From: the human T2T-CHM13v2.0 reference genome, Homo sapiens | DNA length: 64,000 bases | Assembly: GCF_009914755.1 (NCBI RefSeq) | Contig: NC_060930.1 | Reading direction: 5' to 3' (one strand) | In this document: positions 35,370 through 51,511 of the stretch, one piece after another | Position numbering within the stretch: position 1 is the first letter of the stretch | Layout of the letters: each line of letters opens with the position of its first letter | Made by a program: the position numbers and the translations under genes | Notes under the pieces: generated by a model | Database searches by the model: none | What the model was told of the DNA's origin: nothing | Seen by the model: only the letters and a program-made list of their open reading frames with translations

Positions 35370-35955
35370 TCATTTAAATGGAGAATATATATATTCACCT
35401 ATATATATTCACCATATAAATATAATGCATGTTTTGCTCAGCTTGGTTAATACTCACTATTACTATTTTTGTTTCTAGGATTTACTGGCAATTATATGAT
35501 TTGGGGAGAATTCTGACTATAAATGCTTTAAATTTCACAACATTTATACTTTAAAATCTTGCAATTCACATAAAAGGGAAATTATACTTTTGTTAAAAAA
35601 GAAAGTAAAACTACAAATAACAATACAAAATATTTATAGGTGAAATCAACTGACAGCTAAGATTTACTTTATAATACTCTGGAGAAAAGTAAAAAAACAG
35701 ATGAAATAAAACTGGTAAAAAGTATAACTGTTAAAGCTACATGATATGTAAATGAAAGTGCATCATATTACTCTCTCTACTTCGGGGTATATTTGCATAT
35801 TTTCAAAAACATTAAAAAATTATAATAAGGAAATTTCAAAAAGTTATGTAAAACAATTTTAACAGCGTCACTTCAGGGGAAAAAAATGGAGAAAACAGAA
35901 AAGGATTTCTGAAAATTATTAGGAAATTTAAATTGCAACAAATACATTTATTTTA

Positions 35956-36180
<225 letters not shown>

Positions 36181-37085
36181 TTAAGGAAGTAGAGCCTCTG
36201 CTTAAAACAAAACAAAACCCCTCACTTTGTCATCTGGTATTTTCTTACCATATTGAAAGTTACCTGGTTCAGCTTCCTTTTGTAACTACCAAACTATAGA
36301 AAGAAATGTCTCTAGCATACTGAGGTTAGGATAGAGCAATAATTTTCCCTAAAAAGTCTAATATGTCCTGGAAATTAAAAAAATTAAGGCAAATTTCATT
36401 TTCTACTCATTCTTACCTGATAGAGCTAGTACTGTCTTAACTGAGACACAGAGACAAATAATTTAGTTAGTATCTCTCAAATGTAAGTTCTGAAATATTG
36501 ATGAGTTAAAAATTAGACCACTCTTTCATACACAGGCATACTTGACCATTTTGGGTCTGTGGCTTTTTCTGAGAATTTGATTAACAAAAAGAAAACATAA
36601 GATAATATATAATTTTGCACTATGTTACACAAAATTTTGTGCAAAATTTCATTCTATCTAGAACTCATTGATGACTTCTATGTAGAATGAAGAATACCTG
36701 TTTTAACAAAATTAAATAATTTGAATACTTTCTCTAAACACTGTGAAAATGAAGGGCATCATTTGAAACAACTTCAAAAATAATAAATCATTGGGTGATC
36801 TGAGGAAAAACACTGAATTATTCAACCATGCAACACAGTGAAGCTCTAGTTCCCATAATTTTCTTCTATGATTTTACAATTTACTTCAGTTACATCATTT
36901 CTATTGGTGTATTCAGTGTTTCACCTTTTTTGTTTTTGTTTTTAATTTCACTTTGTTATAGTAATTATACCAACAAACCTTTTCTAAGTGCTAAAGATAA
37001 TATCAGAATTTTGTAAATTATATTGTACCAACTTACAAATATGAATAGTAACATTTAGTGTTTTAAAATATTTAATTTTCGTCTA

Positions 37086-37262
<177 letters not shown>

Positions 37263-37496
37263 CTATATGTATAAATACATAAAAAGCAGTCCTTTAAAAA
37301 AATTCCAACAATGAAACATAACACATGGCAGTGTCAAAATGATGTTTTTAGTGGTATTGTCCAAGACCTACAAATCAGACTGGGCATAGTATTCATGTAC
37401 ATAAGCTGGGAAACAGATTTACCAACAATTTAGTAAGGTATCAAGCCTGTTATTCCTATCTTTGCTTTTCACAGTAATTTGTAAATAAATTCTTAA

Positions 37497-37756
37497 GGCT
37501 GGGATGGTGGCTCATGCCTATAATCCTGTGCTTTGAGAGGCCTAGGCAGGAGGAGCTCTTGAGACCAGCCTAGACAACAAAGCAAGACCCCATCTCTATA
37601 AAATAAGAGTTTAAAAACTAGCTGGGCATGGTGGTGCATGCCTGAGTAGTCCCGGCTACTCAGGAGGGTGAGGCGGGAAGATCACTAGAGCCTGGAAGTT
37701 TGCGCCAGTGAAATGAAGCCTTGGTAGACAAAACAAGACTATCTTAAAAAAAAAAA
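37497..37756 (+). mobile_element. Diverged AluJ
   Basis: ggctgggatggtggctcatgcc...(A)n with internal deletions. Confidence 0.85.
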
Positions 37757-38002
37757 ATCTTAAGCACACACACATTGCTTGGGCAAATAAGATACCAAGA
37801 CAGATAAAATTACACAGCACTACCAAAGCTGCGGAGAGTACCTAGAGTAAAACATCTCTAGATAAAAACAATAGCCATTTCCATCCATGGTCTTCAAACA
37901 TGGCCCATCAGGTTTATAAAATAATTCATGTTGAAATATTTTCTTTTAAAATAACTTGTCAAGACATCATTTCTAACTTGCGGGCTTTTTTTAAAGCATC
38001 TT

Positions 38003-38024
38003 ATAGATAGATAGATAGATAGAT
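38003..38024. repeat. (ATAG)5 microsatellite
   Basis: Read directly. Confidence 0.85.
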
Positions 38025-38492
38025 AACAAATATAATAAATGTTTATTATAAGTATAAATAAAATAACAAAAAAATAGAAAATAAAAAGCAGTTACAATCT
38101 CATTACATTGTGATAATCACTGCCAACATTTTGATGTATATAATTTGAGACTTTGATATATCTTTCTCAGTAAATAAAACCATAAATACCTAAGTCAATA
38201 TACTGTAATAACACAATCTTTTTCAATGGAATAGTATCGTACTTTACAGATTATCAAAATTTAACTAAATTCTGCTGTTCATTATTAGGGTGCTCCAATT
38301 TTTCCTAGAGTAAACATCCTAATACATATAACTTTAATCATGTATTATTTCCTCAGGGTAAATGTTAAGAAATAAAGTGTCTTAGACTTTATCTAAATCA
38401 AGAACTCCTGACCTTTGAAAGGTCCCATTAAGCAAATGAAAAGATAAACCACAGACTAGGGAAAATATGTGCAAATCCCCTATCTGCTAAAG

Positions 38493-38836
38493 CAGGGGTC
38501 CCCAACCCCTGGGCTGCAGACTGCTATTGGTCTGTGACCTGGTAGGAACCGGGCTTGCACAGCAGGAGGTGAGTGGCAGCGAGCAAGCGCGAGCATTACC
38601 ACTTGAGCTCTGCATCCTGTCAGATCAGCAACAGCATTAGATTATCATAGGAGTACAAACCCTATTGTGAACTGTGCCTGCGAGGGTTCTAAGTTGTGCT
38701 CTTCTTATGAGAATCTAATGCCTGATCATCTGAGGTGGAACAGTTTCAGCTTGAAACCATCCCCCTCAACCCTGTCCATGGAAAAACTGTCTTCCACGAA
38801 ATCAGTGCCTGGTGCCAAAAAGGTTGGGGACCGCTG
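38493..38836 (+). mobile_element. MER1B hAT-Charlie MITE
   Basis: TIRs CAGGGGTCCCCAACC / GGTTGGGGACCGCTG; 8-bp TSD t(g/a)ctaaag. Confidence 0.9.
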
Positions 38837-38866
38837 TACTAAAGGACTTGTATGAAGAAATGTATA

Positions 38867-39453
<587 letters not shown>

Positions 39454-40699
39454 TATATTACCTCCAAACATCTGTATCTGTCCCACAAAATTCAGTAACA
39501 TGAAACCAAAAAGCTCAGCAAAAAAATGGAGGAAATATGTAAACAGATAATTCACCAAAAAGATATCCAGAGACAAATGGGCATATAGAACAATGCTTCA
39601 ATATCGTAAGTCATAAAGGAAACACAAATTAAAGCCACAATAAAACAATGCTATTTATCTATCAGAATGTCTTAAACTGGAAAAACTAAGCATACAAAAT
39701 GGCAAGGATGAGTAGCAACCAGAACTCTCATACACTTTTGTTTTGCGGATGTATAATGGTACAACCATTTTGGAAAACAGTTGGGCAGTAAAACATACAT
39801 CTACTATATAACACATTCATTCCACACTTAGGTCTTTACACAGGAGAAAGAAAAGCCAGTGTCTATACAAAGACTTCTGCATGAATGTTCACAGCAGCTT
39901 TATTTGCAATAGCCAAAACTGGAAACAATCCAAATGTCCATCAATGGGATGGATTAATGGATAAACAAAATGTCATATATATGTATACAATAAGGGTAAT
40001 TACCACTTAGCAATAAAAAAGAATGAACAATTGATACTTGCAACATGTTTGAAACTCAAAATAGTTTTGCTAAAGAAACCAGGAATAAAATAATACATAC
40101 TATATGACTCCACGTATATAAAATTCTTAAAATGCAAAGTAATTTACAGAAACAAACATTAGATTAGCTGAGGAGTAGTGGGCAGGGATTGATAAAAGGG
40201 GGAGGAGTACAAAAAGGCATTAAAACTTTTTATAGATAATAAAAAACAGTAAAAACAAATGTGTAAGTTTTAAAAAATGAAGCTTCTGGGTTGACAGACA
40301 TTAGTACAATTTCAAGGTTTTGAAAAACATTACCAATATGCCCTTAGAAAAGGCTGTAACAATTTACATTCTCTTTGAAAGTCTAGTAGCCTTTATTTCA
40401 CTAGATACTTACAATAACAGGAAATTGTTAATTCTTTCATCCATCAGATTGGCCTAAAGAAGGATACAATTATTTTAATTTGTTTTTCTTTGATTACTAC
40501 TAAAGTTAATTGTCATGTTTATTGCCCATCCATATTCTTCATGAAATGTTTTTGTAATGTAATAAGAATCTAAAAGATAACGACAAAATGAGGAAAAAGC
40601 AAACTGAAAAACAAAACAAGCAAAAAAGTTAAGAATTTTCCAGAATTGAAGATATAATGAGAGATGAAGTTGGAAAGAGCATCATGATAAATACCGGAT

Positions 40700-41885
40700 C
40701 AGAAAAGAATCATCAACGGATGCTAAATTTTCATGAGGAACAAGATATTTACATATTCTTAAGGCAGCTCCACATAGACTGCTTATTGATTTCACTATAA
40801 GAGGAAGAACAGTTAATGTATAAATGTTAGACAAGTTGAGCAACACTTTGGCTAGGAGATCAAAATTAACATTACTAATGAAGGTCAGGCGACATCATGT
40901 GGCTCCAGATGTGATACCTTAAGAAGGAAAATAATATCACCTATTCAGTATTCTCACCAAAAATACAAAAACCTCATCTATACACAATGAAACATAAGAG
41001 AAATACGAAGTTAAGGATATTCTATTAAATGAAAAGGGGTATGGAGCTGTATGCTTCAAAAAATGTGAATGTCATAAATAAAAGAACAACAGTATGTGGA
41101 AATGGTCCAGATAAAAGGAGGCTAGAAAGGTGGACAATTCAGTATAATACTTGACCCTAGACTGGGTCCCACTGGAGAACAGAAAGTACTATAAAAGATA
41201 CAATGATGGCCAGGTGCGGTGGCTCATGCCTGTAATCCCACTTTGGGAGGCCGACGCGGGCAGATCATGAGGTCAGGAGTTTGAAACCAGCCCGACCAAC
41301 ATGGTAAAACCTCATCTCTACTAAAAATACAAAAATTAGCCAGGCGTTGTGGTGCGCACCTGTAATTCCAGCTACTCAGGAGGCTGAGTCAGGAGAATCG
41401 CTTGAACCCGGGAGGTGGAGGTTGCAGTGAGCCACTCCAGAGTGGGCGACAGAGTGAGACTCCATCTCAAAAAAAAAAAAAAAAAGAAAGATATGATTAA
41501 GTCAACTGACAAAAACTGTACTACAGACAGTAGATTAGAGGAAATCATTATATAAGTGTAAATCATAGTATAACCATAATTTTACTATGGTTCTATAAAG
41601 GGCATAATCCCTATTCTGAAAAAATACACACTGATGCATTTAGGGGTAAAGAGCATGATGTATGCAAGTTACCCTCAAATAGCTAAAAAAAAAAAAAGTA
41701 TGTGTATATATGCATATGACAGAGAGACCACATGAGAGAGCATGCATGCATATTATAAGACAAATGGGATAAAATGTTAGCAACAGACGAATCTGGGTAA
41801 ACTGTATAGGAGTGTTCTTTGTACTGTTTTCAGATTTGCAATTCTCTGTAAGCTTGAAATTATTTCCATATAAAATATTAATTTA
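40700..41885 (+). mobile_element. L1MC-type 3' end split by an Alu
   Basis: Typical L1MC 3' UTR remnants; boundaries approximate. Confidence 0.5.
41208..41487 (+). mobile_element. AluS with a short right-arm deletion
   Basis: Both arms present; gcagtgagccactccag lacks the usual gagatcgcgccactg segment. Confidence 0.93.
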
Positions 41886-43181
41886 AAAAATCCTATCCCC
41901 CCCTAGATATTTTGGAGCAAAACAGGAAACCATTAAACTCAATGAGAACATGTTAAAAAAAATACCAGGGCTAAAAAATACTTAAGTTCCAAATGATAAT
42001 AACTGTCAACCTGGAATCCAGCAAGACCCAGTAAAATTATCATTGAAGAGTGAAGATAAAATACATTCAGACAACTACTAAAAAGTGTTGCCACTCAGAA
42101 GCCCTCACTTAAACATATATTTCAGTAAGAAAGGAAGTGAACCCTGAAGGAACAATAATGAACAATGGTGACATGCAAGAAATAATGGTAAACTAAAAAA
42201 TACTATTAAAATATTAAGAAGAATTTTTTTTAAAAATTAAAAACACTGTTAAAAATTAAAAGATTAAGTAGAAAAAGAAACCAAAAAAGCAAAAACAAAC
42301 TCCCAAATGAGGAATAAATCCAGTTTTCAGTGGTGAAATCTAACAAATTTTAAGAAACAGATTATCTGTAAAAGAGAACAGAAAGGAAAAACTCTATGTC
42401 ATTTTTGATGAGATTTTTTTATAATCTTGATGTCAATAGTGGAAAAATAAAATTGTACACCATTCCAAAATATGAATATTGTTGCAAAAGTCTCAAACAA
42501 ATATTAGCAAAAGGAATTTAGCAATGTGTAAAAATTGCATCACAACTAAACAGCACCTATCCCAAGAAGCAAAGAACGAGAGTAGTTTCACATTCAAAAC
42601 AATCCATGATTTAAAACAAAAACCCTAGCAAGCCAGTAGTAGAAGAAAATTTCCTTACACATAAATACACACACAAATTCACAGAAAAAGATCCAGAAGG
42701 ATACATACTAAGACACTAAAAGTGGTGACATCTGAGTGGTAAGAATGAGAATGTTTTCATTTTATCTTTTAATTTTTCTCTAATTAAAAATATATATACA
42801 TGTACTACTTATTTAAAAAAAGCTTCTAAAATATGTTTAAGTAAAAATTAAAATGCTTAGAAAAAATATATCCTACAACTTCAAAAGAGTAGTTACTTCT
42901 GAGCAAGGAGAGTAGAAAAAGGATGTTTGGAGAAAAGATACAAGGAAACTTCAGTTTAAGATCTTAATGTCAGCTTATTTTAGCAAAATAAGATCTAAAG
43001 CAAAAATAGAAAAATATCAAGTAGGTACATGAATGTTTTAAATATTCTTTTTCTGTATATTCAAAATATTTCATAAAAAATATTAGAAGTACTTTAAGAA
43101 ATTAAAGAAACAATCAATAAGAAAATGCAAATAGTAGTTATCTTCGGCTGGCAGGACTATGGATATTTTTGCCCCACTTTT

Positions 43182-43712
43182 TTTTTTCCTTTTTTTTAAA
43201 TTTTATTTTATTATTATTATACTTTAAGTTTTAGGGTACATGTGCACAATGTGCAGGTTAGTTACATATGTATACATGTGCCATGCTGGTGTGCTGCACC
43301 CATTAACTCGTCATTTAGCATTAGGTGTATCTCCTAATGCTATCCCTCCCCCACTCCCCCCACCCCACAACAGTCCCCAGAGTGTGATGTTCCCCTTCCT
43401 GTGTCCATGTGTTCTCATTGTTCAATTCCCACCTATGAGTGAGAATATGCGGTGTTTGGTTTTTTGTTCTTGCGATAGTTTACTGAGAATGATGATTTCC
43501 AATTTCATCCATGTCCCTACAAAGGACATGAACTCATCATTTTTTATGGCTGCATAGTATTCCATGGTGTATATGTGCCACATTTTCTTAATCCAGTCTA
43601 CCATTGTTGGACATTTGGGTTGGTTCCAAGTCTTTGCTATTGTGAATAGTGCCGCAGTAAACATATGTGTGCATGTGTCTTTATAGCAGCATGATTTACA
43701 GTCCTTTGGGTA
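43182..43712 (-). mobile_element. 5'-truncated L1PA 3' end (~520 bp)
   Basis: ORF2 C-terminus at 43422-43664; TSD core ccccactttt at 43172-43181 and 43721-43730. Confidence 0.95.
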
Positions 43713-45114
43713 ATTTTTTTCCCCACTTTTACTGTAAATTTCAAAACATCTTTAAACAAACACGTTAATAATACAATAAAATTTAAAATACTTAACATTT
43801 TTTCCAAAGGACATATCACAGAATTCTGTCTTGTTAATGGAAAGAAATAAAGGATTAACATAATTTAAAATTTTTGCAAGCAAACACAAAGGATAAGTTA
43901 TTTTACCTTCATTTATTTTTTATTAATTAGTAAAGGATTATAGATTTAAATAACAATATTGCATTTGTTAAAATAAGTCTATCAATGTCAGCTGTTTTAA
44001 CATCTGTTCAGTGTTGTTATAGCTCAATTCTAAAGATTCAGATCCTTGTGTAAGCAAGGACCCTGCAGGTCTCCAGTCCACCTTACAGTAATACTTTTTT
44101 ACAGTATTCCTAGAAGGTAGACATTGAATCTGCACAAATACTTCAGGAAGCAGAAAGCTTGATAATGCAAAGCATACTGGTTTCATTATTGGACAATTCC
44201 AGTTATTAGGAGGCTCTTTTGAATGAGAGGAAACCAGTTTTCTAGTAATATTCATTAGGTTTGTATTGCCCTCAGGAAATAAATCCATTTCTCCTGCTCC
44301 ATGTGACAGCCCTTTAAACAATGAAGTAAGTTACATTTTTTCCTTATATTTTCTATGATTCTGTGTTTCTTCCACTGTTTCTTTTATGTCAGCTTTTTGA
44401 CCCCCTGGTTATCCTGTTTGCCTCCATATGTCAGTTTGTTACCTAAAATCTGGTACTTGCTATTAGATGTGATCTGACCAATAAAATTAGAGTTATTATT
44501 ACCTCTTAGGACAAAGGTATCACCATAGTGGGTTAACTTCTTCCCTTCTGATTTTTTAAGTGGCCATACAATTATAGGTTCATATACTTAAAAAATTACG
44601 CTTTAACTTCAATTACTTTTAACCCAGGGCTCCCCATAGTGTACGCATAAAATAGATGGAAAAACTTTGAAGTGAAACAGTTAACCTGACTAAACTTTAT
44701 CTTGCTTATTTTAGGCCAGATTTTGAGCCTAGGGGGATCAATCTTGATCTTGTCATCCATCAAATTCGTTGGGCCTCCTATTTTTGAACCTGTCAAGAAC
44801 ATATCCATCCATTCATTCTTTTAAGAAACACTAATTTTATGCCAGAGAGTGCCAAATGTTGCAAATAAAAAATTAAATAAGACTTGTTCTTGCTGTTAAG
44901 GAGCCTGGTCAAATTCACTGATAAATATGCTGAAAGGAACAGAGCCTAAGATAGCACTCGAAAGCACCCACCTAGAAACCTTCTCTCCAAGTTGACAGCT
45001 ATTTATTTAACTGCACCCTTTGGGTACAATTACTGATCCAATTGTAAAGCTTTCTAACACTATTTTCAACCAGTCCATACTTCTCCATTAAAATACAAAC
45101 ATGAAAGGCTTACT

Positions 45115-45460
45115 GAATTTACTATATAGTATCCAATTATATCCACTATATGCTAATAGGTACAATATAGTTATATACTATATTGTATATAGTATATTGT
45201 ATATTCTATATATTAATATATGGCATATACTATATACATCTATAACTATAACAGAATTCTATAACTGTATATACTATACTGAGTTCTATATAGTTCTCTC
45301 TATATAATATATAGAGTTCTCTATAGTTCTCTATGTATAATATATAGAGTTCTATAACTGTATATTCTATAAGTATATAGTATAACAGTATAGTATGTAG
45401 TATAGAATACAGATGTATAATATATAGTATATACACATAGGAGAATATAGTAGATATAGC
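45115..45460. repeat. TA-rich low-complexity tract with an internal ~33-bp tandem duplication
   Basis: gagttct(a/c)tatagttctct..t(a/g)tataatatata twice at about 45281-45350. Confidence 0.85.
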
Positions 45461-46294
45461 ATATTTTCATGCACCATTCTAGCAATCCTAAGCAGGGCAG
45501 TGGGGGGAAGAAAGTAAGAATAGTTCTAAGTAAGCAATATTTTCCAAAACATTTAAAAACCTGGTAGAGATTTTCATCAAGCTCACTGATTGATAATTTC
45601 TAACACCTACCTCTGTTTACCTCGGAAAACACTGGTATTTGCCTTTTTTCACTTTCTCACTTCTCCTAGTCTTCCTAACTCTCCAAAGTACAATGAGAAA
45701 AGCTCTGGAATCACATTTGCAAGGTTCTTCAGTCCTCTGGAGGATAATTCATCTGAATCTGGAGACTGAGCTCATTTAAATGAGCTATCTATGTCTTACT
45801 ATTTCTTCATCTGCTTTGAGCAGGACAAGACAGAGGCAAACTCATAATCCAATAGTTATGCTTCCTCTGTGCATTACGAGTCTGCCCTAAGTAATGGACC
45901 TTGTTCTTGTTCTAATGAAACCTGTTTTCTTTAAAGAAATCTGTTTCCTTTAAAAATCTTAAGCCTTTCCTTACCCTGAGCTTTTGTCTTCCAACATAGA
46001 TTTTACTCCACAGTATTTACTAGTTAGCAACAAAAATAAAACGGATTTTAGAAGTGATTTCTGCTCAGCAAATGACATATAGAGAATTAGCATGATGACA
46101 GACTTTGAAAAAACAATTAGTATCTTTTACAGTTTTTAGATCATTTTATCAGAAGATGCTGATAAAATAACCAAAATTATAATATTTTAATTCCTGCTGT
46201 CATTTAAAACTATGAAAAAACACAAAATATACTATTATAAGAGGAACCTATTACTCAGCATTTAAATGTGATAAAATTCCAAGGATTTTACTAA

Positions 46295-46690
<396 letters not shown>

Positions 46691-47829
46691 ATGACCTATC
46701 TGATTCTATGTGACCTAGAAGAAGGCAAATAACATCTCTCAGTTTCCTCAACAGTTCAATGTTTGAGTTGGACTAGAGAGTTCCCCATGGAGGTGTTTCA
46801 GAGGTTGCTTCAAGTTGTTAGGCATGTGAGTTTCTGAAGTCCCCTTTGTAACATAACTCTTCAGTCACTACCACAGAACAATTCAGTTTTATCTGCTTGC
46901 CTGTGAAGAACTGCCAAAATTTGAAAAACCAATAGACCAAATCAGTAGTTTCAAACCTTTTTTAAAAAAACAGTAGAACTCTTGAAGTCCACTGAGCTCA
47001 AATTGAAAACCACTGCACTAAATTATTTCCAGGGGCCTTTCAAACTCAAGAATGCTACCATGCTTTAATGTATTTACCTTTAATTCATGTACTTTTAGTA
47101 TATTTCTCTTTTTCCACTCATATATTAGGTGTCCAGTAAGTACCAAGCGCTGAGCCAGACTCATTATAAACTTTATCCCTAACCCTATTTACGATCACCT
47201 GCAAACATATACAGACTGGAAACTAAGGTTCAAATAATTTAAGTGGTGTATCACACATCATAAAGCTGGAATGGTGTATAACCAGAATTTGAAACTGTGT
47301 GTGTGTGCGCGCGTGCGCGTGCGTATAAAGTTCCACTCAGAACTTAATAGGTTAAAGGGTAGGTATTAACAGTCTAACTAATAGTCTAATTAAAATATAA
47401 GCTAAAATTTTTAAAATTTGACCTTGAATTCTAAGCCAATAATTTGTAACTCAACTAAGTTAGCAAAGTCCATCAATGTTTCTATATTAAAGATGCTTTC
47501 ATAAAAATGCAAATGCCTAGGGGATGGGAAACAAAAAATGTAAATGCTCTAGAATTTCCTGGAATGATAATAACCACAAGAAAGGCCAATTTAATCCTCC
47601 CAAAATGAAGAATTTAACTTTGATCCAAGAACAACTATCATCCAGTACCACTCTTTAGAGTCCTGATATTAACAAATAGCCAAAAATGATTTTAAAATGC
47701 TCTACTGACCCAGGGACTTCCTCTTCCAGGCTTTTTCCATTAGTATACTAACATACACATATAAAAACTTACGTTTAATGCTTTGCATCTTTTATACTAC
47801 CTCAAAACAAAAGCCAACATATATATTAA

Positions 47830-48220
47830 TGTTAAAAGAATAACTTTAGACACATTAGCAGAGTTTATTTGAGCCAATTCACAAACTGGGCAGCAACTAG
47901 AACCAGAATAGGTTCAGAGTGACTCCAAGGCTGCCAGATGGTCAGGTAACATTTATGGACAGAAAAAGGGAAATGACATACAGAAAACACAAGTGAGGTA
48001 AAGAAACAGGTGGGCTGGTTACAGCTTGGTGTCTGCACTACTTGAACATAGTTTGAATAGTTGGCCACCGGTCACTGGGTGAACTCTGTGACTGGTACAA
48101 GAGTATCTAACAGTCTGTTTACATATCCAGTTAGATTATAGGTCACTATGTATGGAGAAACTTTTAGGCCAAACTTAAAATATGAAAGAAGGCAGCTTTA
48201 GGCTAAACTTAAATTTAACA
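47830..48220 (-). mobile_element. MER57-like ERV1 solo LTR
   Basis: TGTTAAA...TTTAACA termini; the minus strand begins TGTTAAATTTAAGTTTAGCCTAAAGCTGCC; AATAAA at 47869-47864. Confidence 0.8.
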
Positions 48221-49379
48221 GTAATAAGGAAAGGGTTCATCATATTATGATATATCTACACAATGGAATAATACGCAGACTTTAAAAAGCATGAGACTGA
48301 TTTTTTTCGTGTGTGTGCAAAAATACACATACATATCTATCTAAATATATGTATATAACATGATAATATGTAAAAAGTGCCAAAATATACTTTTCAGTGA
48401 AAAAAATGTATTGAAAAATGTGTATGGTACACTCCCATCTGTGGTAAGAGAATGAAAAATGGACATTAATATATAGATATGAGATTGCACACATAGCAAC
48501 AATTTCTTAACAGTGACTGTTTCTTTGGAAGGGGCTTGCAACGCGTAGCCTAGAAGGGAAACTAATGTTTCATTGTCTATCCTTTTGTATTATTTGAATT
48601 TTAAGCCCTGTTTTAGTGCTTGTATTACTTTTTCAATGGGAAGGTTATCTTAGATATTAACACAAAATTGCCTTAAAAGTTGTTCTACCTAAATGGGTAG
48701 TTTCTAAGGACACTGCAAAGCTCATTTTCTGAAACTGTTTTAAGCTTTACACTTCAATCAAAAATATCATAATTTCATTATAAATCTTCTCCCTCCAGAA
48801 AAGGTAAAAATATACATAAATAATAAAATCTTTGATTATACAATAAAAATTAGTAGAATCTCAATGAATATTTTATCTTCTAAGCAATTATTCTTTTCAA
48901 CAACAGGAATTTTTCATTTCTCCAACATTAAATAATAGATATAATAAGGACTTAATTGGGGGGCATAAATATAATTTACCATGTTAAAAACACTTTTTGC
49001 ATATGAAAGGTTTGAAAGTATGAATTTAGACTCATCAGATTTCAGAACGGAATGTCACCTCAGAAATCATTCCGTTTAATTTCTCAGATGAAACGACTGC
49101 AACCTGGAGGTAAGGAGAACTGTACAAACTCAGAGTTAGACAAGAACAGGGCTAACCCAGTTTGACCATTATTCTGTCCTAATTAGCTTCATTTGTTAGA
49201 TAAATGCAGAAGAGGTAGAAGAGGCAAAGGCAGGCTTCTGGATTTGGGTTTCTGAAGGGTGAAAGGGCAGAAAAACTTTCAGAGCAGCTTCCAAGCCACT
49301 AGAGCAAAATATAGCAGGAAAAGATAAAGGAAAGTGATCCTACCTGGCCCAATACTAGACAGTTCACTTCCAGTTCTGA

Positions 49380-49470
49380 ATAAACTAAGAAGAGTAAAGG
49401 GAAGATAATGCTGTATCTAGGAAGATAAACTAGGAAGAGTAAAGGGAAGACAATGTAAGTAAAGGGAAGA
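49380..49470. repeat. Local ~45-bp tandem duplication
   Basis: ataaacta(a/g)gaagagtaaagggaaga(t/c)aatg twice, plus a third agtaaagggaaga. Confidence 0.8.
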
Positions 49471-50179
49471 ATTTCAATTCTTACTTTTGAAAGTGGTTTA
49501 CATGGAAGCAATCAACAAGCAACACTTATAATACACCTACTCGAGGGCAGCTCTAGGGTCAAGAGAATTTGAATACCAATCTCTTATAGTAAAATCTACT
49601 GAAAGAAAAAAGTTTATTCAAACTTCCTTTAATAGCTCCATTGATACTGAGCTGTATGATGATACTCAAGCATTCCCCAAAATCTTTAGAAATTTTTAAA
49701 AAAGTCTTAATAGTTTCTTTTTGTTTTTCTAACAAAGTAATTCACTCTGTGCCAACTTAATTTAAAAAGAGTTGAATTTTTATATGTACTAAATGTGTAC
49801 CCTACAGTTTACTAAGGTCCTTTTAATAATAATGTACATAATATCACATTTATGATCTTTTCATAATGCTTAGAAGACAGTTTCCCATTTCATGATTATG
49901 GTTTCTTATGATAGTTACCTTTCATGATATTTGCTTTATGACACACTGTTGGTCATAGCTATGACTGATCTGCTATTGCATCCCTGATCAGGAATACAAC
50001 CCCAACAGTAAGTCTTTCTTATGAGGAGTTAGGACAGAATTGATGCCTTTACTTTCACCCCCTATTTGAAGCCAGTCTCTAGACCACTAAGAAATGGTGC
50101 AGTCTTGCAGTCACTAAAAGAAACTGCATATTAGCCGAATTACTAATGAAGTTTCTAACAAAGAACTGCCTATGTTAAG

Positions 50180-50975
50180 TCAGTGATTCATAAAGAATGA
50201 TGTGAAAACCCTTAAAGGTCCCTGAGACACTTTGGAGGGTCTTCAAAGTCAAAACTATTTTATAATACTAAGATTATATTTGCTATTTTCACTCATATTG
50301 TGTCATGAATATACAATGGGGTTTTCCAAAGGCTCCACTGAAACATATACACGTTTGGAAAGTCTGTATAACTCAATGAACCAGTATTTTCCAAATGACC
50401 AATGTGTGATGTAAAACATCCATTGAAAGACGACCAATGAATGTTAGTGTATCCAAATACAAAACGCTCATTAATATGGTTTCATCTTCCTCCATTGCAA
50501 CTAACCATTAAGAAATCACTTGTTAAGCTTTAGCATAATACCAAAAAACAATATCCAGTTACCTGAAAAGGCTACCAAAATACTCCTCCGTTTTCTAACT
50601 ACTTTAGACATCTGTGTGAGGCTCAATTTTCTTCATACTTATCAATCACAACATAATGCAACAGATTGAAGCAGAAGCAGATATGAGGACCCAGCTGTCC
50701 CCTATTAAGCCAGGCATTAAAAAAATTAAAAAATAGAAAATTATGCACTCTTGTCCTAATTTATTTTTGGTTTGGGAAATATAGATTTTTTGTTAAAAGA
50801 TCTTATAACATATAATGAGCTGCTTATTACTAAGTGAATTAAGACAAATTTTTTAATGTTCTCAATTTTTATTTCAAATGTGCTAAATATACATAAACAA
50901 AAGCTGGGGGGAGGTGTCAATAATTTTTAAGAGAGTATAAAGGGGTCTTGAGAGCAAAGGTTTGGAAATCACTAC
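50180..50975. mobile_element. hAT-Charlie DNA transposon remnant (Charlie1-like)
   Basis: gtcaaaactattttataatactaaga...aaggggtcttgagagcaaaggtttggaaatcact. Confidence 0.6.
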
Positions 50976-51063
50976 TTTATATAACTAAAAAATGTTTTTC
51001 TTCTATAAAAGTTAGCTGTACATGTGTTACGGTTTTATTTAAATATTGCATGGCATATGTATA

Positions 51064-51511
51064 TGTATGGTAGATGCACCTGACAGCAATAACTGAACTT
51101 AAGCACACCTTGAGAATGATCCTGTACGGCAGACACACCTGAATGTGTGTTCACAGTTCCAAGCAGTGGCCAACCCAAGAGATTCATTCCTTACCTGTGA
51201 GGAACATCTGAGTCCCTGGCCTGTCCCGTGGAATGCTGGCCATACAGGGAGTCCAGACTCTTTGTTTTGGGTTAAAAGAAGTTGCCAGGTGGAGGTTGTT
51301 AGGGGGTGGAGGTTAAGTGAAAATGCTATATAAACTGCATGCTTTCTGCAAAAGGTGGCAGTTCTACTGTCCAGCCCACCACCACTGGACCAACCTGTAT
51401 GCAAGTTACCCTCAGTAAACCTTATGTCTCATTTGCTGGCGCTGGATCTCTTTTTCAGACTCTTGAACCTGGTGCCATTCCTGTGGAAGTTAATAGGTAT
51501 CCCATGTGACA
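51064..51511 (+). mobile_element. LTR47-like solo LTR, antisense to LCA5
   Basis: agatgcacctgacagcaataac...; TATA box ctatataaa at ~51326; AGTAAA at 51414; ends tgaca. Confidence 0.7.
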
